NCBI RefSeq assembly: GCF_036321535.1
Contig: NC_087437.1
Coordinates: 64,172,001 to 64,236,000, forward strand
DNA from: Camelus dromedarius
Taxonomy: Eukaryota
Length of the DNA stretch: 64,000 nt
Direction of reading: 5' to 3'
Position numbers and translations under genes: made by a program. The notes under the pieces were generated by a model. That model was not told the origin of the DNA and ran no database searches. It saw only the letters and a list, made by a program, of their open reading frames with translations. Positions 24,686-35,755 of the stretch are shown piece after piece (within the stretch, counting starts at the first letter, position 1; each line of letters opens with the position of its first letter).

Positions 24686-24944
24686 CTCTGGTGTCTCCTA
24701 TTGTCAGAGCCTGTCAGTTTATCTCTACAGTGACCAAAATACATTTAGTCATCTGCAACATAGAGGATTTTCAAAGGACTTTCCCCTCTGGAACTTTTCT
24801 AAAGATGGTGAATCTGATCAGTCTTGGAGTAGATGCTTTTGCTGTTATGGTGGTGGTGTGGCAAGATGTATATAATAAAACATTTAGCATGTTAATAATT
24901 TTTAAAACATTTACCATTTGATATATAAACTGGATCATTCTACA

Positions 24945-25365
24945 TATTTTTTTTAACTGTGGTGAAATACACATAACATAAAAATTTCCATTTTCATGAT
25001 TTTTGAAGTGTACAGCCAAGTGGCATTAAGGACATTCACATTGTTGTGCAACCATCACCACCATCCACCTCCAGAAATTTTTTATCATCCCAAACTGAAA
25101 CTCTATGCCCATTAAATACTAAACCCCCATTTCCTCATCACCCTAGTCCCTGACAACCACCATTCTACTCTCTGTCGCTACGAATTTGACTATTCTAGGC
25201 ACCTCACACAAGTAAAATCATAAAATACTTGTCCTTTTGTGTTTAGTTTATTTCACTTAACACAATGTTCTCAAGGTTCATCCATGTTGTAGCATGTGTC
25301 AGAATTTCCTTCCTTTTTAAGGCTTAATAATATTCCACTGTATGTCTAGACCACATTTTGGAAAA
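24945..25365 (-). mobile_element. L1MB-type 3' end
   Basis: gtggcattaaggacattcacattgttgtgcaaccatcacc and caaggttcatccatgttgtagcatgtgtcagaatttccttcc. Confidence 0.9.
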
Positions 25366-25379
25366 ATTCATTACACAGA

Positions 25380-25700
25380 TTCTTGAGAAGGGAGTTTTAA
25401 CAGTGCACTATCTGGAGAAGCCAAAATTTGCTCTGACTTTTTGTATTTCTGTATCTAAACTATTTCATAATCTTGAGAAGAGAGACATCATTCCCTCCTT
25501 TAGCCCCACGGTGACAACCTTTTAAAAGAGCATTTCTTAGAGAACTTTGTCAAAATCTTTAAAAAAGTCTAAGTAGATTATAGTTGTTTTTCTCCTATAT
25601 CTACTTTTTTACTTTCACAAAGAACTCCACTGTGTGTCTCTTCCTTCCCCTGGGTCTGTCCACGCCTACATTTTCTGTGTGGTCCAGATAACTCCCACCT
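25380..25700 (-). mobile_element. CR1/L3 reverse transcriptase fragment
   Basis: Minus strand 25578-25544 translates IYLDFFKDFDKV (CR1 RT motif IYLDFxKAFDKV). Confidence 0.75.
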
Positions 25701-27964
25701 CCAGCAAGAATCCTTCCTGGACACAGGTCCCGTGGGCGCTCTCTCTCTCTCTCTCCCCTCTCTTTCTTTCCCTTTCTCTCCCCAAGACCTGTCTGGTGTT
25801 TATTGCCTGGAGCAGCCAATCTGGCATTTACCTGATATTTACTTCTTGCATGCACCTCACACTCCTAATATGATGATCATCCCTTAAGCATCGCTCATCC
25901 TCTGTGTCCTCTCCAGCCTCAGTGCAGAACTGAGCAATAACAGAGGTGGGAAAATTCATGTTTAATTGAAATGAAAGAGCCTGCTGCCTCTACCTAAGAA
26001 TCAGTGCTTCTCAGCTAACAGCTGGGATCTGAGCTGCCAGCAACATCCCCAGGATCTATTAAGGACCCATCCCAGCTCCCTTCATTTCCCAGACTTGGGG
26101 CAGAGCCAGTGCTAAGCCGTATTGACAGGGGCAAAGTTCTCTTCATCAGATCTTCTCTTATTATTCACTTGGCTCACATGCCCAACTTTTCTGGGCACCT
26201 GTATCCCTGCTTTTTTTTTAATTCCTCTCCATCTCAGTTTCCTCTTATGTATTCCAATCCCTTAGGTTCCTACCTCATGCAACAAAGGTAGATAACAGGT
26301 TTTCATTCTTTTGTTGTTGTTGTCTCTGCCCTAATCAAGGTCTCAGGGAATGGCAGGGGCTGTTGTACCTGTCTCTTACTGGCCTCCCTCACTCAAGTCC
26401 ACCCACTGCCTCCCATCTCACCACGTTAGCCTCCTGTTCCAAACCGCAGATGATTCTCTTTGCCTGCTCTATAGGATTAAATCCAACCCCCTTCCGTGGC
26501 CCTGATCACAGTCTAGCATCACCCCCGACTGTGTCCCTCCATAGGTTCAATGGATAATAACATATTGAATGACTGCTCTCCACGGGCTAGCGTTCCGGAT
26601 GCACTGTGTGGTCCCAGCACAGTGGTGTGCACAGTAGGTCATTTGCAGGGAGTTACTGTTTCTCCCCTAGTCCTGCTAAGACGCTATTAATTTATGGGCT
26701 GCCCTGTCCAGATAAGGCATTATGCCAACCTATTGTTCCCCCACCATGAGGATTTTGGGAGCCACAGAACACCAGAGGAGAGACATTTTGGTCAGAGCAA
26801 AGGAGTATTTCTGGACCTCTCAACCATGGTAGCAGTTTACTACCCCAACTCAGGCAGTGGGTTCTCCTTCAGATGCCTCCCTATGTCCTATCCAGATGTC
26901 TGGCTCTGCTCGGGTCCTGTAAGTGCCAGGTATGGGCCTCTTCTTGGTTACACCCCGGGATTCTCTCCTTAACAAGATTCAGATCCCCTTCTGGGGACAC
27001 TGTGTAGGTTTTCTTGGCCAACACCCATCCTTTCTGATCCAGGACTTTTGTGGCTTCATCATTGTCCTTGGACAGAATCACAGGCACAGAACAGAGCTCT
27101 TGTTTTCAAATGTCTTTAAGGAGGGGGGCCACACCTTGTGTTCCTCCTTGGGTCCAAATGTCCTGAGAGTGACCCCTGCCCCCTTGCCTGGGACTGAGCA
27201 CTTTACTTGGCCCTTTATCTGGTTCATCTACCAGGAAGCCTGGTGCTGTCTGCTGGACCAGCCGTGCCTCTGTCCTTCCTTCTGATCTTCACACCCCTCC
27301 CCTCCTCACTTCCTCCTGACTTATCATCAGTCCAAATCTAAAAGTGTTTGCCAGGACAGCCAGAAAGAGGAAGGTGAAGAGGTGCCCTGGACTGTCTGGG
27401 GAGTGAGATGTGATTACCCCGGGTGTCAGCCCAAGGGCAGCATACAAAGTCAGCCTGCCTTCTCTCTCCACACCCCTAAAAATTGTGTACGTGTGTGCAC
27501 GTACACACTTATCTTCATGTTGCCAGAGAGAACGTGTCAGAGTAAATAAGTGAAGGCCTAGAAAGGGATTTATTTTCTCAGGAATTGAGAAGAAAAACTA
27601 GAACTGTAACACAAGAAGCAAAAATGACACCCACATGAACATGCACAGGTGGGTTTGGTGAGCACTTTAGGGGTCTGGGGTTTCAGAGCTAACTCTCCAC
27701 TCTTCTGTGACTTGAAGAGCTGCTGTAGGGGTCAAGGGACCCATGTGGTTAACTAAATTAATTAGTATGGTTAATTAGTATGTGTTTTACTCTGATATGC
27801 ATTTTCTATTAAAAAGTTTTTAAGTGCAATTATAGATGTTAACAAATAATCAGAGAAAACACTCTGATATGGAAAAATAAAAGTTCAAATCTCAGCTCTA
27901 AAATGTGAAAGATTATACCATTGCACCTCAGTGTCCTTATCTGTAAAATGGGACTAATAATAAT

Positions 27965-28945
27965 GATTCACTCATTAAATTGTTATTGTGCACTTGTTTT
28001 TACCAAGTACCATCTTGTGGGCTAGGATTACAGCAATGAACAAAGCAGGCAATGCCTCCACTTTCCTGGAATTTATATCCTGGTCAGGGCAGACAGACAA
28101 TAAATATGTACCATGTCAGGTGACAATAAAGGGTGACAGGGGCTTGTCATTCTTGAAAGGATAGTAATGCGTCTCTAACAAGCTGATACTTGAGCAAACT
28201 CTGAAGGAAGGAAGGGAACAACCATGTGGACACCCAACAGAAGAGCTTTCTAGGTGGAGAGAACATACACTGCAAAGGCCTGGGGGGGGGGCTCGGGTGT
28301 TCCAGAAACAGTGGGGAGGCTGGGGAGGCTGAGGAGAAGTGAGGAGCAAAGAGCGAGACGAGATGATGTCGGAAAGGGCCTTGCAGGCTGGGTGAGGAAG
28401 TGGCTTTTGCACTGGTGAGCTGGAGAGCCATGCAAGGCCTTTGAGTAGAAGGGGGACAGGACCTGACTGAGGACGGCTTCTGTGTGGAGAACAGATTGTA
28501 GTCACAAAGGTGGAAGCAGGCAGAGCAGACATCCGGGTGAGGGAAGAGGGTGGTCTGAGTTGGGGTGCCAGGAGAGGAGGTGGTCAGAAGTTGTCAGATT
28601 CTGAAAATATTTCAGAGGTAGAGACAATGGAACTTATTGATGGTTTATTTATGGAGTGTGGGATGACTTCAAGATCCTGGCCTTGAGGAAGTCAAAGAAC
28701 AGAGTTTTTATTTACTAGAATAGAGGAGTCTGAGGTTTGGGGGAAGAAAATCAGAGGTTAAGTGTTGGACACATTAGGTTCAGGATACCTATTCAATGTT
28801 CACGTGGAGGAGGGCAGCAGACGGTTGGTTCTCTGCACCTGGGTTTCTGGAGAAAGGTCAGAGCTGCAGCTGCAAACTTGGATGTCATCAGCAGAGGGAT
28901 AGCATTTACAGCCTCGGGGCTGGACAGGATCATCTAGAGCAGCAG
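27965..28945 (-). mobile_element. L2 LINE (about 1 kb 3' part)
   Basis: attcactcatt, gcaatgaacaaa, cagacagacaataaa, gattctgaaaatatttcagaggtagag, ttggacacattaggttc motifs. Confidence 0.85.
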
Positions 28946-29099
28946 TGCGGCTGCCTCCTTCACGGGGCCCTGAAGGCCAAAAGAAGTTATATGGAAAACA
29001 CTTCTGTAAACTGTGAAGTGCTATACACATGGAAAAGACTCAGTGCATTAACGTGGTAAAGGACATAATTTAAAGAAGGATCTGCAGGAAGAATTAGAG

Positions 29100-29280
29100 T
29101 CATAGAATGTGTATGCCAGGAGGGCCTTAGAAACCAGTCACTAGACCCCCCTCATTTTAGCCGTGAGGAGCTAAGGTCAGAGAGGTTAAGAGACTTGAGC
29201 AAGTACACCCAGCTCATTAGTGACCAAGTCGGTCTCAGAACCGAGAAGTCCTAATTGTGGGAACGGTGCTCTTTCTGCCA
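29100..29280 (-). mobile_element. MIR SINE
   Basis: ctcattttagccgtgaggagctaaggtcagagaggttaagagacttg. Confidence 0.7.
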
Positions 29281-31889
29281 GCAACGCACCTGCTCACATT
29301 TACTGCTTCAGCTCTCTCTCAATCTGTTAACCAGGGCCAAGTAATTCTTCCAAAAGAGAAATCTAATTATATCGCCTTGTGCTTTCATACATTGCTATTT
29401 CCCTTGCCTGGAATACTCTGCCTCCTCCTGCTTCTCTGTCTGGCAAATTTCTGCCGCGTCTCCATTCCCAGCTAGAAGGGCCCTTTGCTGTGAAGACCTC
29501 CTTGCCCTGCTGGGTGGAGCTAGTCACCAGGCCTCCACCTGCCCGCAGCGCTCTGCTCCTGCATTTGACGTGATTATGGCTGCCTCTCCCGCCTGCCTGT
29601 GAGGCTCTGGCTTTCTCCTCTTCCTATGACCTCTCCAACCAGCATAGTGAGTGGCACTTAAATGTTTGGGGAGGGAGGGAGGAAGGAAGGAAGGCCTCTT
29701 CTCTCACATTAGCTCAGGACAATGGCAAAGCTGTCATTTAGTGACACTTCAGTTCCTCTGACCTAAGTGTGCTTCTGGTTCACAAATTGACAGTGACTTC
29801 TGGGGTGGGAATTTTCCTTTTTCTTTTCCATTCCCAGGCACAATGAGCAGGTGGTCCTGGGACCAGAAAACTTCTTGGACATTATAAGTGATTGCTGCCT
29901 TCTTTTTTTCAATTCTCTCTCTCTATCTATATGAGTAGCTGTGGCTTGTTTGCCATTTGCTTCAAGGCTGGATTTGTGTTTATGCCTGGCCTATGCACAG
30001 GCGTGTGTACATCCACACACACACACCTACACACACTCCTGGGAGAAGCTGCACTCTTGTTTTTCACAGGTAGCCAGATCTCCCAGAAAATGCCCTCCGG
30101 TGAGCTCCCAGGTTTGTCACCATTGAGCATGAAAACTTGTATTTATTTCTTAACCTCTTGGTCCCTTAGTTGAAGGTAAGTTTGGAATTTCTAGGTCAAG
30201 AGTGAGTTCTAAGAACGCCTTCCCACCCACCCCTACTCCCCCACCCACCGTGTTTGCTGCTCTTTAGCATGTTTGTTTTGAATAATTCTGTACTAATTAC
30301 TGTCTTTCCATTCTGCTTAATTAACACTGTTCGGCTAGGGGGAGAATGGCTCCTAATAGAAGTAATTATTGTACAGGTTATTGCAAAGGTTTAAGGAAGG
30401 TGACAGAAGGTGGTGGTGATACTGTGGTGATGAGGTCAACACTCCAGGTTTCGTTTCTAGTAAATAATTCAGAGAGTCTAACCAGGCTGAGTTTGCCAAA
30501 CTCTGGGGACGCCTGAAGCGGGTGGCAAGCCAGGCTAGTAAAGCAACTACCCCTTCCTGAGGTTTGGACCTCTGAAGCTCCTTTGTATTGAGAGCTCTTG
30601 AGTAATCACTGTTAATCAATACAGTACTGGAGGTCGCAATTAGGTTTAATTAGCCCAACATCCTTAGCATCTCTGCTCCTGTCTGTGTCTCCTTGGGTGT
30701 CTCCCCTTCTTGGCTCCTGCTTCCCCTGAAAAGGAAGCGTTCCTGGCCTATGTCCCCAGTCTGGGGTCTCCCCTCTTCTCTTCCTGCACTGACCCCCCAC
30801 CACCACATTAACTCATAATGTGGAGGGGGAGAGCCAGGAAGGGGCATGAAGTGATGGTGGGAAGGGAATAAAGAAAAAACATGGTGGAAAAAGAGAGGGG
30901 GAGGAAGAGAATATGGTGAAGGATGGAGAAGATGTTTATTGCCTTTCAAGAGAGAGTTGCTCCCAACAGAACTACTAAGAAGGCACTTTGTCTACCCTCC
31001 CAACCAGACAAAGGGGAAACTCTCCTGCTCATCCCTTTTCCCTGCAATATATGGAATATTTTCATACTTTTGTGTTAAATAAAAGGTGTCTATATTTATA
31101 TTTATGCAATAACAAAAACAGCCCCCACAGCTCTGTATGGAATGGGAATGGGGGTGAGGTGGCAGCACTGAGCTGTGGAAGGGTCCCAGACTGGGGAGGC
31201 AGGAGACCTGCCCCCACCTCAGCCTGCAGCTCTGGGACAATTGCTTCTCCTCTAGATCTCATTGTCCTTGTCTGTAAAATGATAGGTTTGGATTCGATGC
31301 CCTGCATTACCTTTTCTAACCTGGTTTTTATCTCTAATTAAATGGATGGGCTACTAGATTGGTATGCCTGGACATACCCATTTCCTCTGGACATACCCTT
31401 TTTCCTCTTGTCTGCATCTCTATCCTCTTGTCCAGTGTGTCTTCCCTTTCCAAGTTCCTCTCCATTCTGCACATTATGAGTTTCAGCATTCCTGTCGCCC
31501 TAGAAATTATTTCTGAGACTGTGCACTGTTTCCCCTTTCAGCATCTCATAAACTCCCTTCTCGGATTCTTTCATTTTTTCTTTCCCGTCATCCTGGCCGC
31601 ATTGCTTCTTACTTGGTTCAGTGGCGTGTGTGTGGACATGGGCAGGAGGGTGATTCTCTGGGGCTCTTACTGTCTCCATTCCTCTGCTTTACTGGGATTT
31701 CCTTTGCCTAGAATTTTGTTATGTAAAATGCTTCCAATTTTTCAATTTCTGGCATATTCTAAAAAGTCTTCTAATATTTTCCTTCTTCCAATTTATCTAT
31801 TTTTATTTCACAGTTCTCTTTGGCTATCTCTTATAATCACATTTCTCCTGGTTTAATTTTTCAGGTCCTTTGTCTTTATCCTTCATTCT

Positions 31890-31975
31890 TTCGTTTTCTT
31901 TTCTTAGGTCACCTTTTTTTTTTTTTTTCTTTTTTCTTTCTTTCTTTTTTTTTTTTTTTTTTTATACCTTTCTTT
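31890..31975. repeat. T-rich low-complexity tract
   Basis: Long T runs separated by single C residues. Confidence 0.9.
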
Positions 31976-32029
31976 GTTCAGCAGAGGGCTCCCTTCCCGT
32001 CCCTCTTGCAGCCCGGCAGATAGGATTCG

Positions 32030-34620
32030 AAGCTTGCCCCCTGTCTTTCCCTCTGGTTTTCTAGCCGTCAGAAACGCTAGATACTTAAACTTGTCAACAA
32101 TTCAGCCTTGTTCGGTGTGGTCGCGCTAAACCTTCCCCCCTCAGCCGAGAGCACTCCGCCGCCTCCCGGGATCGCTAATCCCCTGGATGCCCTCCCGATG
32201 TTCCTGATGTTATCTTACTCACCATAGTCCCTACTCAAGTCGCTCGGCTCTGTAGCGAAGGTATCAAAATCACCAAACCTAGTCTCCAGCTGAGGAAACT
32301 GAGGCTTGGAGAGGTTCACTCAAGGACGTGCAGCTTGTAAAATTAACCCTTATCCGGCCAATTCTGGCTTTCCAGTCCAGCCCAGCAGCCTCGCCTCACT
32401 CCCTTCGACTGCAATTTACACCAGATTTCCCCTGTTTTGTACGCGGTTCTTTCCCGCTTCAAATCCACAGGCAGGAAGATCCTCTCTAGCTAATAAGGCT
32501 GGGAAATTGGAGAGCCGAGGGGAAGGGAGGATTTCCTCAGGCCCCGAGGGTTGGAGTGGGCAGGGTTCTGGTAAGCCGACACCCCAGGGTGAGGTCGGGT
32601 TCGAGTCGGGGCTTATCGAGGACCGTAAGGCAGGATGTGGCTAAAGGTAACCTGGGTCTCGCTTCTCGAACGCCGACTGCGGAGCGGGACTTTGGCCCAC
32701 CCTCCGGGTAAACACACTTGGCAGGCCGGAGCGGGAGTCGGGCCGAGCCCAGGGACGCGGAGGTGCAGGGCGCCCCCTCGCGCCCCTCCGCGCGCCACGG
32801 GGCTGGCGGGTGGCGCGCCCGCCGCGGCAGGTCCTCTCTAGCCCCCTCCTCCTTTTTGCTCCTGCTCCCCTCCCTCTGTCCCCTCGCTTCCAACTCCTCC
32901 CCCACCACCTCTCCCTCCCTCCGGCTCCCTCGGTCTCCTCCTCCCTGCTCTCACCCGCGCGCCGCGTCGGGAGCTAGTTAGAGCGCGGGGGCTGTCGCCT
33001 GAGCCCCGCTCCGTGGAGCCGGGCGGGTCTGCTGCGCGTCCGGTGGCTGCTGGCGGAACCCAGCGTGGCGGGCGCCGGAACGATTCGCGGCTGCACTGGA
33101 GCGCCGAGTGAGGGCCAGGGGCCGTTCCTGCGCGGCCGCCCCATTCCCAGACGGGCCGCCAGCCCTCCTGGTTCGCCTCCGCCGCCCCTCGCCGCCGGGA
33201 GCCAGGAGACGCCTAGAACTGGGCACCTGCGCCCGCAGCCCGGAGGTGAGTCCCGGGAGCCCCGGACGCTTCCCCTGAGCGGGCTGGGGCCGCAAGTTAC
33301 AAACTTCAGCAACTCGGGTGGGGAGAAGGATTGGGGCCCGGGGGCGCTGGCAAGTTGGAACCAGGTGGCGGAGGCTGTGGGCGGAGGGGAAGAGGTCCCC
33401 GGGTTCCGCGCCACACGCTACCATCTCGGCTTGGGTGCCCTCCGTGCTGCTGCGTTCCCGCCGCCCGCTGGCTCTGGGTCCATGCTGCACGGGGCCCTGG
33501 CCCCGCTGCGGTCGGCGCGTCTGGGGGCCGGGGGCCGGGCCTAGAGGAGGGAACGGACATAAGAAAGGCTGAGAGAGAGCGGGGCTGAGGCTCCGAGACT
33601 GGTGCCGAGATGGAGGCTCCGAGAGGGTGGACGAGTGAACCCGGTGGAGGGAGAGTGCGGGCGGCTAGGCGCGTGGGAACGCGTGGCCCGCCGGGAGTGT
33701 GAAATCTCTCGCTCGGGGGACGTCTCCGCTCCGCCGCCGCCAGCGGGGCCACTGCTGGATTCTTCTCTGACCCCCTGCCCTGGCAGGGCCTCGCGGAGCC
33801 CAAACTCTGCTCCGCCAGGCCGTAGACGCCTAGACGCAGCGGTCCCAGAGCCCGGCGCTCCCGCCTGAGCAGGCGGAGAGGGGTGCGGCGGCGGGAACGA
33901 GGGACGCGATTTCCTGATTTATTTTTCTCATGGTAATTTGTCTTTGTGGTTGAGGCTGCCCATTCACTTTCCGCTCACGTCTTGCGGGAGATCCAGCTAG
34001 GAGGGAGGGAGCAGGGGGCGCTTGGGCACTGGGAGAGATGGAGACAGAAGAGGGGATGGGGACTCGAGCCGGGAGGGAGCCGAGAGGGAAGTGGGCGTAG
34101 GACCGGCAGAGGATGATGGCGAGGCTAGGGGGACCGGGCCGAGCGGAGCTCCGGGCGGCGGAGGGAGGACAGAGCCGGCTCCTTTGCCTGCCGCAAACTT
34201 TAAACAACGAGGATGAGCCACCTGAAGCGCCCTTCTTGTCTCCTCTCCTTCTCCCTGTGCTCGGTCCTTGGGTTCTTCCTCCCGCCTAGCCTCGCTGGGC
34301 TGCAGTGGGCGCCGAGTTTGGTTGGGGAGAGGTAACCTCCCGACTCTGCCCCCACCCCTATGATCCTATCCAGGCTTTCCGCGGTAGGGATGAGAGCAGC
34401 CCGAGTGGGGAAGGGCTGCCCTTTCGGGATGCGCTCTTCCGGGCTGAGCCAAAGGAACTGGGATTGGGAGGTTGGAAGCTTGCCTGTGTCTAGACCCACC
34501 GCTATCCTACCTTCTCTGGCGAATCCAATCTCCTTCCACATTTCTCAGGCACCTCCGCTTCCCCTCCTATCCCCACCACTTTGGCCTCGTTGGGCTCTTT
34601 CTGCAGCAGCGCGTCTCTCC
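32030..34620. promoter_or_regulatory. CpG island / gene promoter
   Basis: Very high GC and CpG density (core ~32640-34200) against CpG-depleted flanks; GC-box-like motifs; core free of recognisable repeats. Confidence 0.92.
32960..33245 (+). other. Probable non-coding first exon (5'UTR) of an unidentified gene; start approximate
   Basis: No ATG in 32960-33245; ends at a consensus splice donor GAG|GTGAGT (intron from 33246); preceded by a C-rich promoter tract. Confidence 0.6.
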
Positions 34621-35584
34621 AGGCCCTCTCGGTCCTCCCCAACCACACTTTCCCTCATCTTTTAGTCTATTCTCTTCCATTCCTTCGCCTCATTTACTCC
34701 CCCACCCCACCGTTCTTCTTGACATTCAAAAGAGGCCTCTCACCTTTATCAGAACCAGGATAGGTGACCTTGAGGAAGGGGAAGAGGGGAACTTGAGCCT
34801 GAGAACTGGACCTCACAACTAGGAAAAGGGGGGCAGATGAAGAAGCAGCTTGGAAAAACTCTCCAGAACCCTGCCCTAAATATAGATTCCCAACCTTGGA
34901 GGAAGGAGGATAAAATATCAAAGAGACAGAGAGAGAATTTGCTGCTCAGGCACCCATAGGGTGAGAGGAAGTCAAGCCAGGGTCTTCCTTCTCCAGAAAT
35001 GACAAGAGCCAGCATTAACATCACTGTGGACATCAAACACTTTTAAAGCATCTACTGTGTGCAGTGTACCATGCTAGGTGCTGGTAGATGCAAAGAGGTA
35101 CAGGCATGAATCCACACCCAGAGAGGCTGCTAAATTCACCAACTTGATCCTGAGACTTGTGTGTGTGTGTGTTTGGGCAGGAAAAACATGAATAGAAAAA
35201 TGCAGGCAGTACAAGGCAGGGAGGGCTTGGTGCCAAAGGGTGACTAAGGACTTAGCATTGGACTGACTGAAGAGAACTTGAGGACTCAGGTGGGACTGAG
35301 AGCTGGGCTTGGGACTCTGGCCCCCTGCACTAGCTGTCTGCATAGGGAGGGTGGGACCGAAGAAGGGAGGGACTCCCTTTCTAATTCCCTAGAGCCCGGC
35401 CTCTCCGGTTGAGAAGCCAAGAGGTCCACCCTGGCTCTGTGGATTGTCACCTCCCAGTTGGGATTAGAGGAATCTCAGGAGCTTTTCTGTCTTGGGGTAC
35501 CCTTCCCCCCTTGTTTGAAAGCCCCTCTGTGAATTACTTCTTACTGAGACTCAAAGCTGGAAGAGGGCTTCAAGATTATCATGT

Positions 35585-35755
35585 CAGGGAAGTTACAAAC
35601 TCAGATGCCTACAGAGGTCAGACAGGTAACAAATGCGCTGATCAGGTATGGCAGGGGGCAGACCCGAGGACAACTGGTTATTCCAAGTCAAACTGGCCAA
35701 ATAAAACAGTCCTAGCAAAGCCAGCATGCAGCCCTTGAGCAGTCTGATCCCCGGT
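35585..35755. mobile_element. hAT-Charlie (MER102-like) DNA transposon fragment
   Basis: caaactcagatgcctacagaggtcagacaggtaac resembles the MER102 terminus. Confidence 0.55.

Noticed and set aside
27484..27507. 10-bp inverted repeat tgtgtacgtg / cacgtacaca
   Set aside because: Expected by chance in alternating TG/CA low-complexity sequence
32306..34822. Many overlapping ORFs in the CpG island
   Set aside because: Stop codons are rare in GC-rich DNA; low-complexity P/G/R/A products appear in all frames
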